Below are positions 1-12,610 of a stretch of 64,000 nucleotides of DNA, piece after piece. The stretch spans positions 92,628,001 through 92,692,000 of the forward strand of contig NC_042999.1 in the NCBI RefSeq assembly GCF_006345805.1, read 5' to 3'. Source of the stretch: Octopus sinensis (lineage: Eukaryota). The position numbers were made by a program, and so were the translations under genes. Under the pieces are notes generated by a model. That model saw only the letters and a list, made by a program, of their open reading frames with translations, ran no database searches and was not told where the DNA came from. Position 1 is the stretch's first letter; every line of letters begins with the position of its first letter.

Positions 1-139
1 TTCTCTCAGGACAATCCCCTCGTCTCTCTCTCCATCCCCCCTGGCTTTTCTCCTTTCTCCTCTCCCTCTCCGGTCAACCATCCTATCTTTCCTTCTCTCT
101 CTGTTCCTATATTTCACTCTCACTGTATCTCGGGCGAAA

Positions 140-1091
140 ATGTCAAGAAACTGGTCTGCGAGGGAGTTGCAATTTTTCGTCCGCGCTTGGAAGATTGCCG
201 AGGACGACTCGCCGAACAATATTATTGCAGCAGAGCTGAAGAGCAATGATTTTTCAAGAACCACCGCCCAGATAGAACGAAAGAAACGAGAATTTATCCG
301 TTCATACGCTCTAATCAGGCAACATGTAGACACTCTGGACATCATCCTAGGAGGTGACGGCACCAGGGAAGGCCAAAAGGATGAAGAAAACATCCAAGAC
401 CCAACAAAAGATAAAACCAAGAAACCTAGAACACAGGGAAACAATGACACATGTCCAGCTCCCAACACCACAACTGAAGACCAAAGAGGCGCGATGGCCG
501 CAAGAAAAGAAAAGCACCCTAAAATTGATGGGAAACAGGCGGTAAAAGGCAAGAAAATCAGAGCTAAAACAAACCCTGTCCAGAGAAAACAAAAGGACCC
601 CAGCAAGAACTATAAAGGCAAAGAAAGAAACATCTGCAAATTCTACCTGAAGGGGGACTGCTGTTACGGCGTCGAAGGTGCGAACTGTCGCTTTGCACAT
701 CAGAGGCCCAACCAAAACCGCACGGACGCGAACAGGGGTCCCTCCCTTAGGGAGAACAAAAAGAAAAAGAAAAAGAAAAATATAAAAGAAGGAAAAAAGC
801 GCACTGACCACTCCTGAAAGACGATATGCGGATGTGGTGCGCGGTAACCCAACAAATGGCCAGCTTCACCCAGATGTGAGAAGGGCAGCAGCTGAACAGC
901 AATCTTTTTTGTGCATGGCACAAAAAATTGTTCAGCAGCTGACCTGGCTACAAGCACAAAGCTGGAACTACCACCACATAAGGCCACAACCAACAGATGC
1001 AGGATGGCAATCACAGACACCAACACCAACACACACACACCACAAAAATATTTCTACTGAACGTAGGAGGGCTGCTGCGCGGAAACTGTAA
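140..1091 (+). pseudogene. LINE ORF1: Myb/SANT-like N-terminus + basic linker + CCCH zinc finger + Gln-rich tail (frameshifted near the A-rich run at about 757-797)
   Basis: 140-817 opens with RNWSARELQFFVRAW...IIAAELKSNDFSRTTAQIERKKREFIRSY and later has CKFYLKGDCCYGVEGANCRFAH. A second frame is open from 786 to 1091 (RRYADVVRGN...Gln-rich). Confidence 0.75.
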
Positions 1092-4009
1092 AAGTAAAAT
1101 ATCATTCCTGAGAGACCTTGTGACACGCAATCAAGCTATATGCATGGCATCACAGAAACGCATCTTGAACCCGATATAGGTGATGCAGAAATACACATGC
1201 CGCAATATGCAGTCATACGCACAGATAGAAAAACGAGGAGCCATGGTGGAGTTACAATGTACATCCGAGATGACCTCACACCCCAGGTCCTGTTGTCATA
1301 TTCAAACTCAGTGTGTGAAACTCAAATTGTACACATAAGACAACTGAATATTGTCATATGCACTACATATCGCCCACCAGATGCCCCAAATCACTCAGGC
1401 ATGTTTGAAGACTGCCTAACAAAAATAGAAGTCCTCACCAACTTTGAACAACACAACAGTGTATTCTTCATGGGTGACTTTAACTTCCCCAATGTGGAAT
1501 GGCCTGGGGGGGGGAGGCAGATGCTCTCAGGGATGACACACCATCAGCAGGCACAGGCAGAGTCCCTGCTCCATCTCACAAATGCCTCTTTCATGGAGCA
1601 AATAGTTCTGCAACCAACAAGGGCAGATAATATACTGGATCTCTGCTTCACATACAATATGGATATGATCCATAATGTTAATGTGATGCCGACAATGATC
1701 TCGGATCACAACATAGTAGAGCTGTCTATGTATGGAACAAAAGCCCCCGTAGACACACAGCCTATACGAAGCATCCACCATCTCTCCAACTTAAACTTTC
1801 ATAAAGCAAACTGGAAGTTGATTGAGAAAGAGATCCTGAAACAGGATTGGCCTAAATGTCTCTCCACACCGGACATTAACATGAAACACAAACACTTCAT
1901 GTCCATAATACAAGCCATATGGGACAAATATGTCCCAGTGTGTAGGGCCAGCACACACAAAAACAAAAACAGGATCACTAGAGAAAGGAAGATTCTTATA
2001 AGACGACGGACAAGGATTGCGAAACGCCTGAGCAAGCACACCAAAAGTGGTGAGAAGTCTCGGCTCGAGAGAATGCTAATGGAAATTGAGAAAAGTCTGC
2101 ATCAGTACCATGAAAAGGAGAGAGCAGATAAAGAAGCTTGGGTAATAGAAAATATAAAATCAAACCCTAAAGCTTTCTTTAAATTTGCCAAAGAGACAGC
2201 CACAGTGCACCAGAGAATAGGACCTCTCTTCCAAAAAGATGGCTCTCTCACAGGAAATCCCACGAGGATAAGTGAAATACTGAACGAACAATTCCAATTA
2301 CATCTCTAGGACACAGGCAAGTAAACAACCCAGAAGAATTCTTTGCCACTTTACCTGCGGCCAAAGAGGCAAAAATCGAGTACACCAACATCGAAGATGA
2401 TGCTATCACACTAGCCATAGATGAGATTGACACAAACTCAGCTGCTGGACCTGATGGATTCCCAGCGATCCTTCTCAAATCGTGCAAACGAGCCCTTGCA
2501 AAACCGCTACAGCTTCTTTTTCAGAGCTTTCTTGCAAGTGGTAAGCTCCCAGTCAAATTGAAAGAGGGGGCAATATGCCCTATCCATAAGGGAGGTAGCA
2601 GAGCAGATGCTAAAAATTATAGGCCTATCTCTCTGACCTCACACATCAGCAAAGTCATGGAACGAATAGTCCGTAAGAAACTAATCATGTTCCTTGAAGA
2701 AAATGACTTGCTGTCTGACACCCAGTATGGATTTCGACCAGGTAGAAGCTGCCTAACACAGCTCCTGCAACACTATGACTGGGCGTTGAAACAGCTACTA
2801 AATGGCTCAAATGTGGATGTAATATATCTCAACTTTGCAAAAGCCTTTGATAAAGTCGACCATGGTATGATCTGTCACAAACTGCGTGGTCTCGGCATAG
2901 GCGGAAAACTTGGAGAGTGGCTGCACAACTTCCTAAAAGACCGAAAATAGGCAGTTGTGAGCAATGGAGCCACCTCCAAGGAAACACAAATAACAAGCGG
3001 TGTCCCACAGGGTACTGTCTTGGGGCCACTGATGTTCATAGTGGCCCTTTCAGACATGCCTTCAGCTGCTACGATGACCACCCTTGCTAGCTATGCAGAT
3101 GACACAAAAGTCTCCCACACAATACAAAACCCTGAAAATATTGCGCATCTGCAACAGGAGTTGGACACAATATACAGGTGGGCTGAGGACAACAACATGC
3201 AGTTTAATGCAGGTAAGTTCCAAGCCCTGCGTTACCGGCACACAAAGGTAAACGACGTGCAGACTGGATACACTGGCCCAGGAAGAATTGCAATCCCTGA
3301 GTCAAAATCAGTGCGTGACCTGGGCATTGACATGAGCAATGATGCATCTTTCCAAGTGCATATTACTAATCTGGTGATAAAATGCAGACGGCTAACTGGA
3401 TGGATTCTCCGAACTTTCAGAACAAGAGAGAAGGAGACACTAATGGTCCTATGGAAAACATTCGTCCTCAGCCGCTTGGACTACTGCTCCCAACGATGGT
3501 CACCACACAATATAAAACTAACAGCAGAACTCGAAGCAATTCAGAGAAGCTACACAAAGAAAATCGTCTCAATGCAAAATATTAGCTACTGGGAAAGACT
3601 GAAAGTATTAAACCTCTTCTCCCTAGTGCGAAGGCGGGAGAGATATGCGGTGATATACATCTGGAAAATCCTGGAGGGTCTTGTCCATAACTTTGGCATT
3701 CAAAGTTACCCCAACTGCAGAACGGGGCGCCACTACATGGTGCCAAAGATTCCAACATCACCATCAAAATACAGGTCCAGATACTGCAACAGCTTGGGTT
3801 TCAGAGGACCACAACTTTTTAACATCCTCCCTAAATGCCTGAGAGACTTACATGGTGTGGATGTGGGTTTCTTTAAAACTAAACTGGATCTCTCCTTGTC
3901 GGGAGTCCCAGATGAACCTACCTCACGACAGGAGACGCAGATGCGGGCAGCAGTATCGAACTCCCTTGTTGATCAAGTGCCACGTATCAGAGGTGGATTT
4001 ACATATTAG
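997..4009 (+). pseudogene. LINE ORF2: apurinic-type endonuclease + reverse transcriptase
   Basis: APE motifs FLLNVGGL, GITETHL, TTYRPP, MGDFNFP, ILDL, SDHN. RT motifs NYRPISLTS, QYGFRPGRSC, FAKAFDKV, GVPQGTVLGP, YADDTK. Broken by frameshifts near 1140 and 2300 and an in-frame TAG at 2948-2950. Confidence 0.93.
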
Positions 4010-4024
4010 TGTAGCTCATTCAGC

Positions 4025-4063
4025 GGTGGTGCCCCAGCATGGCCGCGACCTTCGGGCTAAAAA
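4025..4063 (+). other. LINE 3' recognition motif (conserved 22-mer plus UUCG hairpin) shared with a SINE family
   Basis: GGTGGTGCCCCAGCATGGCCGC-GACC-TTCG-GGCT-AAAAA matches 20/22 nt of the SINE tail at 35042-35063. Confidence 0.7.
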
Positions 4064-4109
4064 TTTTTTAAGGATTTAAGGATTTATATATGCATAAATG
4101 CATAAATGT

Positions 4110-4140
<31 letters not shown>

Positions 4141-4611
4141 CATACATACATACATACATACATACACATATGCATACATAAAAGAGACCAAAGTGTACGT
4201 ACGCCGCTATATGTTTTATAAATAAAAAATACAAAATGGAACAAGAACGCAAAAAAATTCAGACAGGTGATACAAAAAAGGGACAATAAAACATCCAGAT
4301 AGACGATACAAAGAAAACAAGGACGGGTCATTCGGAGTTTTCTTTTCTCAGTTGAGTTCCAGATTATCTTTGCAATTTCAGCTGGTTCGCCGTCCATGCA
4401 ACATCTATATTCCTTCCTGTGCCTGTGAAATCCTGTATCCCTGCTGTAAGGCTTTAATTTCACACACGTCAGCTTAATTTAATTCGTCGTTAGTCGAAAG
4501 ACACATGATGTTAAATTCTGTTATTTGTATTTGTATAACATTCTCCGTCTTTTTCCGTCTTTGTTTCCTTATATATTCGCTTCTTTCTTACAAGGAATCT
4601 AATGCTCTTAC

Positions 4612-4702
4612 GTATGTATGTATGTATGTATGTATGTATGTATGTATGTATGTATGTATGTATGTATGTATGTATGTATGTATGTATGTATGTATGTATG
4701 TA
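4612..4702. repeat. (TATG)n microsatellite, representative of dozens of (TATG)n/(TA)n/(CA)n tracts in the window
   Basis: Direct reading; explains the many MYVC/HT/YI ORFs in the track. Confidence 0.95.
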
Positions 4703-5849
4703 TTATATTGTGTGTGTAAAACATGGCCACATATTCACTGTGAATGAATCGCTCTTTTTGACATATCACAAAATCACAAATACTTTAAGAGAGAATCACA
4801 AACTGAATTTCATTTAGTAAACAAAGCTACATATGAGCTGGCGGCTGATAGCTGACTTTAGCTAAAAGCTATCTTTAAGAATTTGTTCAAAAGAATTCTA
4901 TAGACTTTACTAATCATGGACAAAAAATATTCTAGAAGACATTCATTATCATCTGTGAAATGATCAACAGTCATTAAAATACCATTTAGGAAAAAAATCT
5001 TCCGGTATGTATGCATGTATGTATGTATGCATTTCTGTGTGTATGTATATATGCATTTGAGTGTGTATGTATATATGTCTATATATGAATATGCGTTTAC
5101 TTATACTCACACGTGTGGGCTTTCTGTTTGTGTTTGTGTGTGTGTTTCATATTAGAAATTGGATCACTCAGATGTGGTGACGTTATGAACTATATATATC
5201 ATTTGCAGCTGATTGGGCTCATTTCTACAACGTCATCATTTGAAATATCTGGCAAATTCCGTTGTTGTTTGTAAAAACTAGAGCATTTATACAAAAGTAA
5301 CATATTTCAACCCGCATTTATGAACCTGGTTCAACTTCTAGTATGTTGTTGGTTCTAAAAAAGACAATAGTTCTAACCAGACATCTAATCCTAAAAAATA
5401 ATATAGCATTGAAATGCTAAAAAATATATAACATTGAAATACAAAAAAATAATATAGCATTGAAATACAAAAACAAAAACCATGAAAACATTCACGCTAT
5501 ATTTTACTCCACGACACAATAATTATTTAACAATAGAAACTGTTGATAATTAGTTTCCTGACTTGCACTCTGTTGACTTCACTCTGTGGAGCTAGAGATA
5601 GCATTACTAGCGCTTTATAAACAATCAAAACACGAAAGAATTAATATGAAAAAAAACCAACAAAAATCAATGCCCTTAAAGAGACATAGTCGGAGACTAA
5701 ATTTACGCGTTGTTCGTTTATTCAACTATTCAACAAATGACAGTTGTAATTTAACGTATACTTTCAACTGGCCAGCTCACGTAGCCGCCTTTCCATCGCT
5801 ATAGAACTTTCAGTAAATGGAATGATAAATATGGTCACTGTTAGTGGGT

Positions 5850-7570
5850 TCTGGATCGGGGGTTTCATTGTCTTGAGAAGTGCAGAGCCACCTCTTAACC
5901 TCTATAACATCCCCCCACACATACCACATACACACACATATCATGAATATATGAATTAAGGATTTGCGTTCTCTACTCAAAATCACAAGTTCAGCCATAC
6001 TTTGCTCCAGACGGGTTAATAAGCATCCTGTTGCTCTAATAATAATATATATGAAACTGGAAGTGCATCTTTGGTACTGTATTTTCAAACATTTTATCAA
6101 TGGTCCATAGATGTCCTATTTCTCTTGTATTTTTTTAGCTACATTGGTGTCCAGAATGCAGATGATTTCCACAAAGGAGCATATGCTTTCTTTATGGTCC
6201 CACACAACAATATCTGGCCGGTTAGGTTTTAACTTGGTAGCCCTTTTAATTCTCAGATTTCACTAATATTCTATTGAACCATCGGTCGCAATATAGTCAA
6301 TTTCTTTTGATGGTATTTTCATTTTTGTTATCCTGTTCTCCACCGTTCTGGCTACCGCATTATGCCTCAAGGGAAGATAATATTTAAAAGATATTCTCGT
6401 AATAATGTGGTTGATGTCTACAGTCTTGGTCCTTTTTAGTCTGTCATTTGTTGTCGGTCAACGTTTTCTGCCTTTTATGCTATAAGTATTTGATGGGGAA
6501 TCTCTTGTTCTTGAATTGCATGGAGGTAACCTTCAAAGTGGGGCGCCATAAACCTCTCGATATTGTATGTCAAGCTTTTGATATGAGCAATCCTTTTCTA
6601 CGTTTTGAATTTTTTGTGCCAAGTATCCATGTACAATCTCATCAGTGAACTGGTCCATTTTGCTTTATTTTACTCTTCTGATTAAATAGATTTTACTAAT
6701 GATGCATGGGGAGAAATCTGTACCAGCTCTTATCAGATAGCGCACCCCACTTAAGTTCATTAGCTATACTAATTGTGTTGTTGATTTCATGGTCACAAAC
6801 TTGGGCAAGATAGTTATTCTTCACTTTCCTATGGTGCAGATATTGCTTTAGTGTCACAGCACGTGCTTCATAAGACACAAGTACAAATTTGAGCCCACAG
6901 CCACCATCTTTGCCTGGGATGTATAGCATGTATACATCTTCATTGATGCTAAATTTACCTGTAACACTGAGCAGCCTGAGCCTTCGGACATCCATCTCTC
7001 TGCGTTCTTGTAGTGAACAGTTCATGTCAAATGTAGGCGTGAAGACAGGCCCTGTAAAGGTGTGGGCAACATTCTGCTAGGGTGAGAGTTCTGATGGCCA
7101 TGTTCTCTTTACTCTCCTGAGGTATTCATTACAGGTCCTCTCCTTATTGATGGGCCTATCGTATCTATCATTGTCATAATGTCTAGGATATGTATAATTG
7201 TCATCTGACTGCAGAAGTCGTATGTCAAACCGTTCACGTTTAGGTTTTCATAGGAGGACATAACTTTTCCACGTTTTATTGTCAAAAATGCACATTTGAA
7301 TTCATTAAATTTCATTCCATTGTCTGTAGAAAATTGGGCAACGTGATCAAATGATTTTTTTTTATGTGGTCGATATTTGACCCATACAGTTTCAGGTTGT
7401 CGACAAAGAAACGATGGTAGAAACTTCTGGATATATTTCTATGACCGCTATGCTTTGTGAACAGGTATGATAGCAGATGAGAGGAAGAAGAACGACACCG
7501 ACAAGCAAACACCCAGTAAGATGCCTTTTTGGCAGTGAATGCTACCCGACTCAATTTGTTCTTCAACATA
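5850..7570 (-). mobile_element. Degenerate RLE-clade (R4/NeSL-like) LINE, 3' portion (RT C-terminus + RLE)
   Basis: Minus-strand remnants FFVDNLKLY, MKFNEFKCAFLTIKRGKV, LYIPGKDGGCGL, then INHII..YYLPLRHNAVA and NRPDIVVWDH..VEIIC (RLE), with many stops and frameshifts. Confidence 0.75.
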
Positions 7571-7749
7571 CTTAATCAGAAAAGTGCTGTATCAAGTCTT
7601 GGTCAGGCATTAGATTGCACTCATTAGTCGTTGTGAGATTTTAGCTAGCTGCACAGCCTTGATAATCCACCATGTGGTATACTATTTAAACCTTCTGCTA
7701 TATTTTACTGTACGCATTTATGCATGTGTATGAATGAGCGAGTGAGTGA

Positions 7750-7825
<76 letters not shown>

Positions 7826-7959
7826 AATTTCACAATTTGTATGTTTCTATTTTTCATGGGCAGCTTCTTGTTTTGGCAAACAGTCAACGCTATAGGAGAG
7901 CATAAAGATTAACTTGTAGTTAAGAAAAATTTAGCTGACATGGAGGACTGGAAACCATC

Positions 7960-8400
7960 AGAATATTGGAAAAGACTTATCTGTATTACGATGATTCGAA
8001 CTGGGTACCAAAATACTGACATCATGACTGCAGCTCAGGGCTCTGTGAATAAGGTAAAGGCTGTAAGATATGACATGGACAGCTGTATCAGGGACTAATA
8101 AGCGATTGCTAGCAGGCAGTGCCACAATAGTAGTTCTGCCTGCATCTGCACACCGGTTGATCCCAACACCTTTGAACAGACTCTTAAGCTCATTTCAGGC
8201 GAGTATATGAAGCTGCTGAAAAATGTGGTCAAACTTTGGCTGCAGAAGACTGGTGGTGGAAGGCCATATGTGTCGCAACATGAATCGGCTCTTTACCATA
8301 CTTTGGAAAGAGTGGGAAGTGGTTATCAGGGAATTTCTACGACTTAACCAACTCCAATTTCTGGCTGCCTAAGATCAATGCAGTGTTCAAAGATCTTGCC
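7960..8400 (+). mobile_element. Degenerate Tc1/mariner-superfamily (maT-like) transposase fragment
   Basis: YMKLLKNVVKLWLQKTGGGRPYVSQHESALYHT (about 8205-8302; cf. YVWQQDSAPxH) and, after a frameshift, KWLSGNFYD..NFWLP (to about 8370; cf. FWPPNSPD). Confidence 0.6.
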
Positions 8401-8499
8401 ACGGGCTAAGTGAAGAACGAATACATCAAATTCCAGAGCCATCTCGCTCTCGTCCGCTTTCTCTGTCTCTCTGTCTCTTTCTGCCTCTCTGTTTGTGCG

Positions 8500-8552
<53 letters not shown>

Positions 8553-9842
8553 AATGCTTGCATTTGTTTATGTATGTATATATATGTATGTATAGTTTTA
8601 ATATTCTGATCACACTCTAAGAGTCAGCTTTCATCTTCAATATTCCTGTCTTAGTAAAATAACTAGTAGTCAAATATTGAGATCGAATACCTCCCAAATT
8701 AGAAATCATTAATTTATTTTCAAGCAATGGGTTGACAGAAATAGTAAAATACAAGACTAAATATCATTCACTATTCATTTTAATCCTTCTATTATCTGAT
8801 TTCAAATCACGCGAAGGTCAACTTTACTTTTTTTCCTCCCCAGATTGGAAAACGTGTATTAGTCACGAATTCCAGTCAAATTATATCATTTCATATAATT
8901 AATGCCCTCACAAACAACCTGACAAAATCGATACGTATCAATGGCAGAAATGATGAAACATGCATAAGTAGAAAGGAAAAACAGTTTGCATATTTATTTT
9001 AAACTTAATAGTGGAAGTCAGTGCGTTGCAAAATTCATTATATTCACCGAAAGAAATTCTATATTCACCGAAAGAAATTCTACATTTACAACAAAGATAC
9101 GTTGTGTATTTTTGCAAAACGATTTGGATTAAATTTCTTACTTTATGGTTCCCCACCCAAGATAGAAAACTTCGATGTGACCTCGAACAAAGTTTGAAGA
9201 CAGAACATAGAGAGAATAATCTTATACGCTTCCTCCGGGTCTGGTTGTATAGTGCCATTAACAATAATTGTGTTAGCTCGCAGTGTTGTTTGTAACAGTA
9301 ATCTCGGGTTATCAGTTTTTGGGAAATGGGTTCCGCTAGACTAGCTCAAACTAGACACACTAAACGAAAGGTTGTTTTTGTCAAATTTTCATTTCTAAAA
9401 AATGAAAAGGTTTAAGCAGAAATTTTTTAGTTGTTCAAAAGAACAGTTTTTGAAGGGAAATCGAAGTATTTTGATTTTATTGTTCTGAGTGATGATAAAA
9501 ATAACGAAAAAATATTTTAAAAAGACGAAAACAAAAAAAAACGAAAAAAAATAACAAAAACAAAAGGCAAATGATGCATTATTGCAACGCAGCATGTAGT
9601 AGGACGGACATAAATGCTGCAATGCATTAAACCAGAGTCTCTTACAGTAGATATCAAAATCAAATTTCTTCATATTCTGATTCATTGTGTAACACATTTC
9701 CAGTAAACTATGACCTCTGAACTTCATAAGTGTGTGTTTGTACAAGTGTGTGTAGGCTATTATATATATATATATATATAATATATATATATAAATGAAT
9801 ATATGTGCGTCTGTTTATATATGTATATGTATATATATATTA

Positions 9843-9900
<58 letters not shown>

Positions 9901-9938
9901 GAATATATGTGCGTCTGTTTATTATATGTATATGTATA

Positions 9939-9980
<42 letters not shown>

Positions 9981-10635
9981 ACACACACACAAACACACAC
10001 ACACACACGTATGTATACGTATATAAGCTGCTGAAATTTTTGTCATGATTTTGTTAAATAAATAATAACATGAAACGATTGATAGATAAATATAAAACGT
10101 GTTTTTGTGTTTGTTTGTATGTGAATGTCTGTGTGTGCTTGTGTCTGTATGAGAGACAGATACAGAGGGTAGAGAGAGAAATAAACAGAAACGCGAAGTA
10201 GGGAGAAGGCGAGGAAGAGGTTATAGGAAAGAATGCGAAAGAGGGTGAGAAATGGGATGAGGAAAGAGAATACAAGAACCGATGATAGACAGTGAAAAAG
10301 AATCATGAAACTGCTGGTAAAAAATTATGTATCACGAAGAAAGAAAAAAGAACGAAGGTAGATCCTCTTTTTTTAGGCATTACGATGCACTGAAGAAAAA
10401 CAAGACACATAAACAAAACTGAACAGAGAGAGGGAAAGCAAAGTAAAAACGAAAAAAAAAAAACCTAGGCGAGTTTCATTGAAATAAATATGAAATAACT
10501 GCATCGTGGTAGAGTCATGTTAGCCATTTAAACGAACACATAAAGCTTTATATTCAATTTTGTTTTATTTTGTTATGATGGTCAATGATGTTGTTCCCCT
10601 GAGATGCTTTGCAACAGAATATCTGCCTTTTGTAT

Positions 10636-10714
<79 letters not shown>

Positions 10715-10725
10715 TAATAATAATA

Positions 10726-10766
<41 letters not shown>

Positions 10767-10778
10767 AATGATGATGAT

Positions 10779-11169
10779 GCAGGCGTGGCTGTGTGGTAAG
10801 AAGCTTGCTTCCCAACTACAAAGTTCCGGGTTCAGTCCCACTGCGTGGCACCTTGGGCAAGTGTTTTCTACTATAACGTCAGGCCGACCAAAGCCTTGTG
10901 AGTGGATAGGTAGACGGAAACTGAAAGAAGCCCGTCGTATATATATATATGTTTGTGTGACATTGTAAATATGTTTGTCTCCTCCACATCAATCGACAAT
11001 CAGTGTTGGTGTGTTTATGTCCCCGTAACCTAGCATTTCGTCAAAAAGGCTGAAAGAATAAATACCAGGTTTACAAAGAATATCTTCTGGGGTCAATTTC
11101 TTCGACTAAAAGGCAGTGCTACAGTATTGCCGCAGCCAAACGACTGAAACAAGTAAAGAATAAAAAAAA
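10779..11169 (+). mobile_element. tRNA-derived SINE (family A) with CORE-like CCTTGGGCAAGTG segment, internal (TA)n and A-rich tail
   Basis: A-box TGGCTGTGTGGTAAG, B-box GGGTTCAGTCCC; colinear with the copy at 34659-35109. Confidence 0.85.
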
Positions 11170-11187
11170 TTTTCATATGTATGTATC

Positions 11188-11340
11188 TATTCTTTGTAAG
11201 CCTGGCACTTATATTTTCGGCCTCTTTGCCGAACCTTTAGGTTACGGGGATGTAAACACACCAACAATGATTGTCAAGTGATGGTGAAGGAGACAAACAC
11301 AGACACGACACACACCAACACACACACACACAAAAACATA

Positions 11341-11379
<39 letters not shown>

Positions 11380-11416
11380 GACGGGCTTCTTTCAGTTTCC
11401 GTCTACCAAATCCACT
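11188..11416 (-). mobile_element. Partial family A SINE, inverted relative to 10779-11169
   Basis: Reverse complement reproduces GGTAGACGGAAACTGAAAGAAGCCCGTCGTATATA...CCCCGTAACCT...TTACAAAGAATA of the upstream copy. Confidence 0.85.
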
Positions 11417-11424
11417 ACGTCTCC

Positions 11425-11465
<41 letters not shown>

Positions 11466-11650
11466 GGTATGTATGTGCGTGTGTGTGTGGTGTGTGTGTG
11501 TGTGTGTGCGTATGACAGAGTGAAACAAAAAATGAATATTATAGTATATGTGTGTTTTAAATGGCCATCATGACTCTATCTCGTTGCAATTGCCTCAAAA
11601 TCGACAAACAATCTAAGAACAAATCACTTGCCAAACAATAGAGTCTTTGA

Positions 11651-11688
<38 letters not shown>

Positions 11689-12610
11689 GCAAAAAAATAC
11701 ATGTAGGTTAAGAGTGGAATAATTACAAAATAACATAAAAATATGAGTTTGAGAGATATAATATAAAATAAGAAAATTATATGTCAGTTTGGGTGAAACA
11801 ACCACAAAATAACAAAATAACAGTGAAATCTGTTTGAATGAAATAACATAAAGCAGAATAAAAAAATAATTTGAGACAGAATTTTTTTTTATATTTAGAA
11901 CAATCGAATCACAATAATAAATATTTTGAAAATTGTATGGTCTCGAGATTTTTTTTCGTAGGATATCATTTTTATAATGTTTTTGTAGATATTCGATCTA
12001 GCAATAATACTGATGGTGGTGATGGGGATGGTGTTTTTTTATTTGTGGTGATAGTAGTGATCTTTGCAGTTATTTGAGTTAGTTTTGAAGGTGATAGAAG
12101 TACATTTGTTAGTGATTTGGGCGGTAGTAGAAGCGGCGTTTGTAATGTTATTGTGTTGGTGGTAGCAAAGATATCGTTTGTGATTATATTGGTAGTTATA
12201 TTTTTGACTTTTGACTTCCTGGTCTTGGTGGTGCATTGGCAATGATGGTAAATATCGTTGGTGTTCATGATTGTAGAATTCATGTTATTGTTTGAATTAT
12301 GTCGATGTTATTTAGCTCCAGGTTAATCCTGATCGAGCAGACCTATGATCAATGGTAATTCAACTGTGACCATTTCATTTTACTTTTTATTGATAGTATG
12401 CATAGAAATAATTTATCCGTGTACTTTCCAAATAAATGGGTAAAGTGTTATTTGAGGGAAATTCATTGTTATTTTTCACAGGGTAAACGACCAAATGAAG
12501 GCTCCTTTCTTGTCTCGTGAGGGTTTTAAATTGTCTAACCTACGTCAGCATTGACCTTGCATATAAAAGGCACAATAGATATGACTTATTGTTTTTTCTG
12601 CCTCCAAATA

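Larger units (their letters stand above)
1..4086 (+). mobile_element. Near full-length CR1-group (APE-RT) non-LTR retrotransposon, inactivated by a few lesions
   Basis: Pyrimidine-rich leader (1-139), ORF1 (140-817, continuing out of frame to 1091), ORF2 fragments with APE and RT motifs (997-4009), short 3' UTR, and a terminal 8-bp repeat TTTAAGGA x2.5 (4067-4086) like the octamer tails of CR1 elements. The true 5' end may lie outside the window. Confidence 0.9.

Noticed and set aside
347-1038. Hydrophobic antisense ORFs over LINE sequence (also 17411-18313)
   Set aside because: Shadow ORFs opposite A-rich TE coding strands.
9040-9081. 21-bp tandem duplication, and the 59.7-kb array, as CRISPR-like repeats
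   Set aside because: No unique spacers, no cas genes, eukaryotic context; simple slippage duplications.
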